10,981 bases of DNA from Bdellovibrionales bacterium (lineage in GTDB: Bacteria; Bdellovibrionota; UBA1018; CAIMNF01): NCBI GenBank assembly GCA_040380025.1, contig JBEIJY010000044.1, positions 1-10,981 on the forward strand, read 5' to 3'. Positions 1 to 7,459 of this stretch are shown here, piece after piece. Numbering within the stretch: position 1 is the stretch's first letter; every line of letters starts with the position of its first letter. The translations under genes and the position numbers were made by a program. The notes under the pieces are model-generated. The model was not told where the DNA came from. It ran no database searches and saw only the letters and a program-made list of their open reading frames with translations.

Positions 1-81
<81 letters not shown>

Positions 82-126
82 CCGCGAAATCATAAAAAGG
101 CAAATGGGTCGCCGGACCACATTACC

Positions 127-156
127 ATATCAAATTGCTCAAATCTTTGATATATC
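127..156 (+). promoter_or_regulatory. Candidate operator (8-bp inverted repeat) overlapping a putative extended -10 of the EamA gene
   Basis: ATATCAAA (127-134)-N11-TTTGATAT (146-153) is a perfect inverted repeat. TG-a-TATATC (148-156) ends 6 nt before ATG 163, and no SD is visible. Confidence 0.4.
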
Positions 157-162
157 CCCGCC

Positions 163-1167
163 ATGCGAATCAGTGACTGGATCAAAATGACCATCCTTGC
201 GGCCATTTGGGGCTCTTCCTTCATTTTCATGAAGATCCTGGCTCCCGTGATCGGGGCCCTGCCCACAGCCTGCCTTCGGATTCTGATCTCAGGAACAGTG
301 ATCGTGTCGGGCCTGAAAATCGCCGGCGTTGATCTCGAGCTCCGCAAACACTTCAAACACTACCTCATTGTCGGGGTCGTGAACGCCTCCCTCCCCTTCT
401 TTTTGTACTCCTTCGCCTCGCTTCATGCGCCCTCGAGCCTCTCGGTGATCATGAATGCGACGACTCCGCTGTTTGGCGCCTTGTTTGCGCTCTTTTGGCT
501 GCAAGAAAAAATGACCCTGCAAAAAGCGCTTGGCTTCGCGCTGGGGTCCGCCGGCGTGGCTCTGATCGCATTCGGAAAAGACCCGGGCGGGAGCGCAAGA
601 GCCTCGTCGTCTGGCCTCATGACCACCCTTGCGGGAATTGCGGGACTGGTGGCGGCCGCCTGTTACGCCATGGCGGGCGTGTACATCAAAAAATTCGCGC
701 CCGGAATGAAGCCCATTGCTCTCGCAGGAATGAGCCATTTGCTCGGAGCCCTGGTGCTTCTTCCCTTCGCTCTGGGCTCCTGGATCGAGCACCCGGCGGT
801 GCCCGGAACGCTCACCTCGGGGATCCTCGGATCTCTGCTTGCGCTCTCGCTCGTCTGCAGTGCGCTCGGGTTCATTTTGTTCTACCACCTGAACGAGTGC
901 ATCGGACCGACCCGAACCCTCTCGGTGGGCTATCTGATTCCGGTCTTTGGAATTCTCTGGGGCCACCTCTTTTTGAATGAGGCCGTGCTTCCCGGAATGA
1001 TCGCAGGGACTGCGTTGATTCTCTCGGCCGTTGCCGCGATCTCGGGCGCGAACCGGCAGAGGGCGGGATCAAGAAGATTCGAGACTGCGGATCTCGCTCC
1101 CCTGATCCGGAAAGAAATCGAACTCGACGCGAAAAAAGCCGGGGACTCAGCCCGCGTGATTTCGTAG
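163..1167 (+). CDS. DMT superfamily / EamA family transporter
   Basis: 334 aa with about 10 hydrophobic segments. EamA hallmarks: LAAIWGSSFIFMK, LPFFL, NATTPLFGAL, GYLIPVFGILWGHLFLNE. Two-repeat architecture with a hydrophilic C-terminal tail. Confidence 0.93.
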   Translation: MRISDWIKMTILAAIWGSSFIFMKILAPVIGALPTACLRILISGTVIVSGLKIAGVDLELRKHFKHYLIVGVVNASLPFFLYSFASLHAPSSLSVIMNATTPLFGALFALFWLQEKMTLQKALGFALGSAGVALIAFGKDPGGSARASSSGLMTTLAGIAGLVAAACYAMAGVYIKKFAPGMKPIALAGMSHLLGALVLLPFALGSWIEHPAVPGTLTSGILGSLLALSLVCSALGFILFYHLNECIGPTRTLSVGYLIPVFGILWGHLFLNEAVLPGMIAGTALILSAVAAISGANRQRAGSRRFETADLAPLIRKEIELDAKKAGDSARVIS

Positions 1168-1908
1168 CGGGTATTCTCGTGGCGAGAATTCTTGCAACAG
1201 TGGGCAAAATCCCGCGCGCTCGAACACCGTATGCCAAGCTCCCGTGAAGCGCGCACGAAACTGCAAATGCTCGTTGCTCACCGGATGGCGGAACCCGAGC
1301 TTCCATGCGGTCAGGTACAAGCGAGAAGCGCCCGTGAGCTCGCGCCAGATGCGGTTTTGTCGTCCGTCTCCGTGAACCGAATCACCGATCAGAGGATGAG
1401 ACGCCCCCTTGAAGTGCCTTCGAATCTGATGAAACCGCCCCGTCCGGGGGCTCGCCCTGACCAGACTGAAGCGCGAGGTCGGGTGGCGTTTTGATGCGAT
1501 CGGAAGCTCAAAGCGATGCAAGGTCTCGTATTCGGTTTCGGCCGAAACCTCCCCGGAGTCGCTCTTCTCGCTCTCGAGAGGGGAATCCCAGAGCCCCGAA
1601 TCGGCTGTCCATCCGCGACAGAGCAAGAGATATTCTTTTTCGATCGTTCGATTCCCGAATTGCGCCTGAAGCGCCGATGCGACCGCGGACGAAAACGCCA
1701 TCACCATGACCCCATGGGTGGCACGATCGAGACGGTGCACGGGGTACACATGGAACCCGGTCTGATTCCGGAGAATTCGCACCATATCGGGCGATCCGGC
1801 GGAATACTTTCGAATCGCGGCATCCTCGGGGGGATGAACCAAAAGCCCTGCGGGTTTTTCGACCACGACCAGATGCGGATCCTGATGAAGAATCCTCAGC
1901 TTTTGCAT
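1147..1908 (-). CDS. truC: RluA-family pseudouridine synthase, TruC-like (tRNA psi65)
   Basis: Motifs VVVEKPAGLLVHP, PVHRLDRAT (catalytic Asp), SRFSLV...PRTGRFHQIRRH and HPLIGDSVHGDGRQNR; no S4 domain. Start moved to ATG 1908 (MQKLRILHQD, 253 aa), which overlaps the trhO stop by 13 nt. Confidence 0.8.
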   Translation of the reverse strand: MQKLRILHQDPHLVVVEKPAGLLVHPPEDAAIRKYSAGSPDMVRILRNQTGFHVYPVHRLDRATHGVMVMAFSSAVASALQAQFGNRTIEKEYLLLCRGWTADSGLWDSPLESEKSDSGEVSAETEYETLHRFELPIASKRHPTSRFSLVRASPRTGRFHQIRRHFKGASHPLIGDSVHGDGRQNRIWRELTGASRLYLTAWKLGFRHPVSNEHLQFRARFTGAWHTVFERAGFCPLLQEFSPREYPLRNHAG

Positions 1909-2912
1909 GAAGAAACCGTCACGGCTTGCCGGTGTTCGTTCAGCCGGGTCACAAGCTTCCGGTTCACGCGGATCTCCCGGCCCGGCTCGCCCGAATTCTC
2001 GAGCTCGAATGGCAGGAGCTGGCGTTGGCCCTTCCGGCCCGGGTTCAGCTCCCACTGGTGGGCACAGTTCTTAGAGCAAGTGCTCTTTTTTACGGGATGC
2101 TGAAGACAAGTCACGCAGAGTTTTTCTTTGTGATCACAGCGCTCGCAGGTGATCTCGGTTTCGGCGGGTTGCCCGCAATGCGGGCACAGCGTGAACTTCC
2201 GGCTCGGGGCGAGATTCTGATCGACCGCGACGCGATGATCGAACACAAAGCATTCCCCTTCGAACTGATCCTCCGGGAACTCGGCCAGATAATTCAAAAT
2301 CCCGCCATCGAGCTGATACACATTCTGATAGCCTTCTTTTTGAAGCTCGAGGATTCCCTTCTCGCAGCGGATTCCGCCGGTGCAGAAAATCAGCATTTTT
2401 TGCTCCTTCGGAATCCCCTGCTGTTCGATGTAGGCCGGAAAATCCGTGAACTTCTCGATGTCCGGATTCAGGGCTCCCTTGAAGGTGCCAATCTGGTACT
2501 CGTACCAGTTGCGGGTGTCGATGATCACATGGCCCGACTCTTCTTTCATCACGCGGTTCCACTCGGCGGGAGTCAGATGATGGTTTTTTCCCTCGGGTGG
2601 CATGATTCCCGGGATTCCGGTGGTCACGATCTCTTCCCGGATTTTCACCTTGTAGCGGCGAAAGGGCGCGCGATCGCTGTGCGAGTGCTTGAAGCGGATC
2701 GAGGCGGACCCAAAGTACGAGCCAATGAATTCCTCGAAGAGCCTCAGGTTTTCTTCGGTCTCGGCCGAGCAGGTCGAGTTGATCCCCTCAGGTCCCAGGA
2801 TCAGAAGGCCGCGGATGTTCAACCCGCGTGCTTTGGTTTCGAGGTCGGTTTTGATGGTTTCGAGGTCCTGAAGGCGCGTGAAATGATAAAACGCCGAAAT
2901 GAAATGCGGCAT
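1896..2912 (-). CDS. trhO: Rhodanese-domain tRNA U34 hydroxylase (TrhO/YceA family)
   Basis: Motifs AFYHF, RGLLILGPEGINST, PFRRYKVKIREEIV, IDTRNWYEYQIGTFKGA, FCTGGIRCEK, YQLDGGILNY, GECFVFDHRV and a Cys-rich C-terminus. Start set at ATG 2912 (338 aa), downstream of a GAGGAG SD. Confidence 0.9.
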   Translation of the reverse strand: MPHFISAFYHFTRLQDLETIKTDLETKARGLNIRGLLILGPEGINSTCSAETEENLRLFEEFIGSYFGSASIRFKHSHSDRAPFRRYKVKIREEIVTTGIPGIMPPEGKNHHLTPAEWNRVMKEESGHVIIDTRNWYEYQIGTFKGALNPDIEKFTDFPAYIEQQGIPKEQKMLIFCTGGIRCEKGILELQKEGYQNVYQLDGGILNYLAEFPEDQFEGECFVFDHRVAVDQNLAPSRKFTLCPHCGQPAETEITCERCDHKEKLCVTCLQHPVKKSTCSKNCAHQWELNPGRKGQRQLLPFELENSGEPGREIRVNRKLVTRLNEHRQAVTVSSCKS

Positions 2913-2966
2913 GGGCGGTGTTCTCCTCTCCGGGTTCCAAGCCCGGCGGTGGTTTTGATGGGGGCT

Positions 2967-2975
2967 TTTATACCA
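2967..2975 (-). promoter_or_regulatory. Putative extended -10 promoter of trhO-truC
   Basis: TG-G-TATAAA on the minus strand about 55 nt upstream of the trhO start. No recognisable -35. Confidence 0.4.
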
Positions 2976-2979
2976 CATT

Positions 2980-3120
2980 CTTCAGACGGCGCCCCCTTGA
3001 TTGTGCTTGACCCAGTACGGTGGTTTGGGAAAGGGGCTGGAAAACAAAGAGTTTTTTCAGCCCTTTTCCCTAAACACCATACTGATCAGGAACAATCAAG
3101 GGGGGCAGTTAACACTGAAG
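2980..3120. repeat. Long imperfect inverted repeat (~55-bp stem, 5-nt loop) of unknown nature
   Basis: Arm 2991-3045 pairs with arm 3051-3106 around loop AAAGA. An outer pair CTTCAG (2980-2985)/CTGAAG (3115-3120) extends it. Confidence 0.85.
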
Positions 3121-3140
3121 CCAAACGCAATAAAAATATG

Positions 3141-3169
3141 TTGACACAAAAACTCAGAATTGATAAACT
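3141..3169 (+). promoter_or_regulatory. Sigma70-type promoter
   Basis: TTGACA (3141-3146)-N17-TAAACT (3164-3169), with extended TG at 3161-3162 and an A-rich tract upstream. SD GAGGAG at 3194-3199 precedes ATG 3209. Confidence 0.8.
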
Positions 3170-3208
3170 CCGCCCGAAAATCTTGAGTTCCGTGAGGAGA
3201 ATGTTTTT

Positions 3209-3871
3209 ATGATGAAATCGATTGTTTCCAAATCCGTGCTTTCTGCCGCACTTCTGTTCGGCCTTCCTGCCCTGGCAGAAGAGACTCCCGATGCGAACGC
3301 TTACACGATCACGCTCGAAGGGGACGACGCCGAGCTGATCTTTACTGGTCTACAAATCGAGGATGCTCCGACCATCGATGGTCGAGATAAAACCTCCAAG
3401 CACATTCAGTGCATCAAGTCTCCGCCTCGAAATTACAAATGCGTGCTGAACTTCAAAGAGTCACTGGATGAGCTTTTCGGGTTTCCGGCAGTCGGAAAAA
3501 AAGTGGAAAATGAAGGAAAAGAACCATCTTCAGACAAAAAAACTCATCATGTTTTGTACAAAAAAGACAATAAGGGCGAAGTTCAAATTTTTCCCGATAA
3601 GTCCGATGCCATTTATGATAAAATTCTGAAAACAAATAACAGCAACACAACGGCCGCGCACCTGGATGAAAACGGGGAAATTCAAGAAGGCATGCTCAAC
3701 GACGAAACGCAAGGAGTCCCCTTGGATCGCGTGAAGGGCAAATATTTTGATTGTTGGAAGCCGAATAATTTGGTGAACGAAAATGTAACGGCCACCTGCA
3801 TGTTCAAACTGGATCTTACGACCGGTTTGGTGAAGAAAATTGAAGATCAAAAAGACGGAGGACAGAAATAA
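3209..3871 (+). CDS. Hypothetical secreted protein with two internal Cys-pair repeats
   Basis: 220 aa. Sec signal peptide MMKSIVSKSVLSAALLFGLPALA|EE. Has its own promoter, SD and terminator, and is visibly more AT-rich than its neighbours. Confidence 0.85.
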   Translation: MMKSIVSKSVLSAALLFGLPALAEETPDANAYTITLEGDDAELIFTGLQIEDAPTIDGRDKTSKHIQCIKSPPRNYKCVLNFKESLDELFGFPAVGKKVENEGKEPSSDKKTHHVLYKKDNKGEVQIFPDKSDAIYDKILKTNNSNTTAAHLDENGEIQEGMLNDETQGVPLDRVKGKYFDCWKPNNLVNENVTATCMFKLDLTTGLVKKIEDQKDGGQK

Positions 3872-3907
3872 CCCTTAAGGGAAAGACAAACTCTCTCTCT
3901 TGAATCC

Positions 3908-3947
3908 AAAAGCGCCCCGAGGAAGTCTTCTTCGGTGCGCTTTTTTT
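3908..3947. terminator. Bidirectional intrinsic terminator
   Basis: AAAAGCGCCCCGAGGAAG-T-CTTCTTCGGTGCGC-TTTTTTT: a GC stem with T7 on the + strand and an A4 tract on the other side, lying between convergent genes. Confidence 0.85.
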
Positions 3948-3949
3948 AT

Positions 3950-4348
3950 TCAAAACAAAACTTTGAGCGCCTCTTCCGGGCTCATGAGGCCTTGGGCGAC
4001 CGAGCGCAAAATCACAAGACGCGCATCGTCCATGGTTTTTGGCTCTTCTGCCTTCGCCTCCATTGCTTGGGCGGGAACCGGGGACTGCGCAGGCCCACCG
4101 ACTCCTTGACCCCCGACTCCATGGGCTTGATACAGAATCTTCGCGATCTTCTCGCGAAATCCCGCGGGCAGGCTTTGCTCGAACTCCATCATTTCTTTTG
4201 AGACATCAAACCCGGCCATTTGATTGTGCATCAGGGTTTGGATCTTCATCATCTGCGCCGGCGTCAGCATGCGCATGGCCTCGGTCAGACCGGCCACCAC
4301 TTCAGGAGTCATTTTGGAGGGATCCAGCCCTCCCATTCCGGGAAACAT
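3950..4348 (-). CDS. Hypothetical Met-rich helical protein with a SHOCT-like C-terminal motif
   Basis: 132 aa. SD-like GAAAGGA precedes the ATG, which lies 15 nt after the dnaE2 stop. The ORF ends right at the terminator. C-terminus RLVILRSVAQGLMSPEEALKVL. Confidence 0.8.
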   Translation of the reverse strand: MFPGMGGLDPSKMTPEVVAGLTEAMRMLTPAQMMKIQTLMHNQMAGFDVSKEMMEFEQSLPAGFREKIAKILYQAHGVGGQGVGGPAQSPVPAQAMEAKAEEPKTMDDARLVILRSVAQGLMSPEEALKVLF

Positions 4349-4363
4349 TGCATTCCTTTCTCT

Positions 4364-7300
4364 TCAGTACCGAAGGGCATGGGCCCCGGGAGCGATCGGC
4401 ACTTCCAGATCCGAAAAAATCGGTTCCAACCCCTTTACCACGACTTGCGAGGCATCTCCATCTCTTTGGAGCACGCCTTTCACCCAAAGAAACGGCTCCT
4501 CGCGGATCACATCGCGATAACGCTCATACACCTCTTTATGAAAAATCAAATCGAGCACGCCCGCCTCGTCCTCGATCGTTGCGAATGCGGTTCCTTTCGC
4601 CGTGGGCGGACGCTGAAGAATGACCGAGAGCCCGGGAAGCACCACGAAGCTTCCGTGGCGGAGGGTCTTGATTTTCGCCGTCGTGTTCGCGGCGCGCCCG
4701 CGAAAGCGCAGTGCCTGAAGGAGCTTCTCGCGCAAAAACACCATCGGATGCCCCCGCGCCGAGAGCCCGAGCGAGGAATAATCCTGAACCACCTTTTCTT
4801 CGAGGTTCTGGGTGCGAAGACGCGTTTCCGGAAACAGCTCCCTCTGCGGCCCTTCGCGATGAAAAAGCCCGTCCTGCACCGAAAGCACCTTGAAGAGCGC
4901 ATCCCGCGACGAGAGCCCCATGCACTCGAACGCTCCGCTCATGGCAAGGAGCCTGAGACTCCGGAACCCGAGCCCCGCGCGCGAGACCAGATCCTGAAAC
5001 CCCGAGAAATTCCGCGCCGCACGCTCGCGGATCATTCCGCGCAGGGCCGCCTCGCCCACTCCCCGCACATAGCGAAACCCGAGCCGGACGGTGTTCGGGT
5101 CGGGAAGAGTGCAATCCCAATCCGAATCCCGCACCGAGACCGGAAGCACCCGCACCCCGTGGCGTTTCGCATCGTCGACCAGGGTGTGGGGCGAGTAGAA
5201 GCCCATGGGCTGGGAGTTCAAAATGGCACACAAAAAACCCGCAGGATGATGGCACTTCAGGTAGGACGAGACATAAGTCAGAAGCGCAAACGAGGCCGCA
5301 TGCGATTCGGGGAACCCGTATTCTGAAAACCCCTTGATCTGCTCGAAGATCGTCGCCGCGAACGCATCGGGAATCCCCGCATTCCGGAGCCCCTCGGCGA
5401 GCCTCCGGCCCCACTCGTCGATCGATCCCTTCGAGCGCCACGCCCCGATCGCACGCCTCAGCTGATCGGCCTCGCCCGCGGTGAATCCGGCAAGGGTCAC
5501 GGCCATTTTCATCACCTGCTCCTGAAAAATCGGAACCCCGAAGGTGCGTCCCAGAATCGGGCCCAAGCGGGGATCAGGAAGTTCCACGCGCTCCTGCCCG
5601 CGTCTGCGCCGAAGATACGGATGCACCATGTTCCCGACAATGGGGCCGGGCCGGACCAAGGCGAGCTCGACCACGAGGTCGTAGAATGTCCGGGGCCGCA
5701 AGCGCGGAAGCATCGACATCTGCGCCCGCGATTCGATCTGAAACACCCCGATCGTGTCGGCCTTGCAGATCATGTCGTAGGTCTTCGGGTCCTCGGGCGG
5801 AACCTCATGGAGCGCATAGCCCGCGTGCTCGAGGCCCTTCCGGATGAGCGAGAGCATTCCGAGCGCAAGAACGTCGATCTTCAGGAGCCCCAGGATATCG
5901 AGATCATACTTGTCCCACTGGATGATCGTCCGACCCTCCATTGTCGCAGGCTCGATCGGAACAATCGTATCAAGCGGATCGGCCGAGAGGGTGAATCCAC
6001 CCGAGTGGATCGAGAGATGGCGCGGGACTCCTTCGAGCGCATCGACGACCTCGGCGATCTTGCCGAGTTTTTTTTGTGAGATCGACTCTGCGCTCAGCAG
6101 CTCGCGCTCGACCTTTCGGGCCGAAAGCGTCCCCACAGGAAGCGAAAACGCCCGCGCCGTCTCGCGCAGTGCCGATCGCCTCCGGTAGGTCACAACCGCC
6201 GCGACCATCGCCGCGCGATCGCGTCCGTACCGCTCGTAAATGTACTGAATCACCTCTTCGCGCCGCTCGTGCTCGAAATCGACATCGATGTCGGGCGGCT
6301 CGCCCCGCTCGGTCGAAAGAAACCGCTCAAAAAGAAGATTCATCCGGACCGGATCGATCGCGGTGATCCCGAGCACATAGCACACCACCGAGTTTGCGGC
6401 CGATCCCCGGCCCTGGCAGAGAATTCTTCTTGCGACCGCGAACGAGACAATGTCGTGCACAGTAAGAAAATAATCGGCAAACCCGAGCTCGTGAATGAGC
6501 GCGAGCTCGTGCCGGAGTTGCCGCTCGACCGCGTCACCGGCCCCCTTCGGATAGCGCGTGCGAAGACCTTCCCGGCAGAGCACCTCGAGATGTTCCTGCG
6601 CCGTCCGTCCTTCGGGAATCCACTCGGAGGGATACCGGTACCGGAGCTCGGAGAGCGAGAACCGGCACTGATCGCGGATTCGCATGGTCTCGGCGATCGC
6701 CCCGGGGAGATCGCAAAACAGCTCCGTCATTTCTTCGGCCGACTTGAGATGGCGCTCGGAGTTTCTGCTGAGCCTCACCCCCATTTGCGCAAGCGGCACG
6801 CCTTCGTGGATCGACCCCAGAACATCGTGAATCAACCGGGACGACCGTGCATGGAACAGCGCCGACTGGGTCGCCACCAAAGGAGCCCGGGCCACAGACG
6901 AAAATCCGTGCGCAAACGAGGTGCGCTCGCGATCGAGCCCGTCGAGCGAGCGCACGAGCGGAATCCAGCGCGAGTTCGGAAGCGAGAGAATCCCTTCCCA
7001 TTTCTTCAAAATAAAGTCCGGGTTTTCACGCGAGCACAGCCACTCTTCTTCCCACCCGGGGAACAGCAAAAGCCCGCCGGCTCCGGGAACTTCGCGCAAA
7101 CCACGCACAAAATCGGTTCTTGTGAGGCCCCCCGTACCCTTCGGCCGCCCCTGATGCGAGAGCGTCAGAAGCCGGCAAAGCGCGCCGTAGGAGGCGCGAT
7201 CGGAGGCAAGCAAAGTCAGGGACGAGAGCGGTTCATCCAGAATCGGGATTTCTGCGCCCGAAAGAAGCGCAAGCGCGCTTGCACCGGGCGTCTCGCGAAT

Positions 7301-7459
7301 CGCCTGATAGGCCTTCGGAAGCCCGTACACGCCGCCAAGATCGGTGATGCCAAGCCCCCGGAGCCCGAGGCGCACTGCCTCGCGGATCAGCTCGGCAGGC
7401 GAGCTCGCCCCATGCAAAAATGAATAATGAGTGCGGGACCGGATCTCAGTATACTCCAT
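4364..7459 (-). CDS. dnaE2: Error-prone DNA polymerase III alpha subunit DnaE2 (ImuC)
   Basis: 1031 aa. Motifs YSFLHGASSPAEL, CQGRGSAANSVVCYVLGIT, LLFERF...EPPDIDVDFEHERREEVIQYIY, IQWDK, GLLKIDVLALGML, FQIESRAQMSMLPRLRP, YGFPESHAASFA and QRPPTAKG. Lies directly downstream of imuA-imuB. Confidence 0.97.
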   Translation of the reverse strand: MEYTEIRSRTHYSFLHGASSPAELIREAVRLGLRGLGITDLGGVYGLPKAYQAIRETPGASALALLSGAEIPILDEPLSSLTLLASDRASYGALCRLLTLSHQGRPKGTGGLTRTDFVRGLREVPGAGGLLLFPGWEEEWLCSRENPDFILKKWEGILSLPNSRWIPLVRSLDGLDRERTSFAHGFSSVARAPLVATQSALFHARSSRLIHDVLGSIHEGVPLAQMGVRLSRNSERHLKSAEEMTELFCDLPGAIAETMRIRDQCRFSLSELRYRYPSEWIPEGRTAQEHLEVLCREGLRTRYPKGAGDAVERQLRHELALIHELGFADYFLTVHDIVSFAVARRILCQGRGSAANSVVCYVLGITAIDPVRMNLLFERFLSTERGEPPDIDVDFEHERREEVIQYIYERYGRDRAAMVAAVVTYRRRSALRETARAFSLPVGTLSARKVERELLSAESISQKKLGKIAEVVDALEGVPRHLSIHSGGFTLSADPLDTIVPIEPATMEGRTIIQWDKYDLDILGLLKIDVLALGMLSLIRKGLEHAGYALHEVPPEDPKTYDMICKADTIGVFQIESRAQMSMLPRLRPRTFYDLVVELALVRPGPIVGNMVHPYLRRRRGQERVELPDPRLGPILGRTFGVPIFQEQVMKMAVTLAGFTAGEADQLRRAIGAWRSKGSIDEWGRRLAEGLRNAGIPDAFAATIFEQIKGFSEYGFPESHAASFALLTYVSSYLKCHHPAGFLCAILNSQPMGFYSPHTLVDDAKRHGVRVLPVSVRDSDWDCTLPDPNTVRLGFRYVRGVGEAALRGMIRERAARNFSGFQDLVSRAGLGFRSLRLLAMSGAFECMGLSSRDALFKVLSVQDGLFHREGPQRELFPETRLRTQNLEEKVVQDYSSLGLSARGHPMVFLREKLLQALRFRGRAANTTAKIKTLRHGSFVVLPGLSVILQRPPTAKGTAFATIEDEAGVLDLIFHKEVYERYRDVIREEPFLWVKGVLQRDGDASQVVVKGLEPIFSDLEVPIAPGAHALRY

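Noticed and set aside
1909..2055. N-terminal extension of truC to ATG 2055 (and of trhO to ATG 2978)
   Set aside because: The extensions overlap trhO or its promoter; family similarity and SD position support starts at 1908 and 2912.
2980..3120. Hairpin as integron attC, CRISPR, SRP RNA or 6S RNA
   Set aside because: No matching RYYYAAC/GTTRRRY box pair, no repeat-spacer array, no SRP GNRA-loop motif, no large central bubble, and no integrase or cas gene in the window.
1926..3212. 428-aa + strand ORF
   Set aside because: Antisense shadow of trhO with no recognisable motifs; it runs through the promoter and hairpin region.
4220..7423. Long + strand ORFs (368 aa, 384 aa and others) opposite dnaE2
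   Set aside because: Antisense open frames expected from GC-rich codon bias; no motifs or convincing starts.
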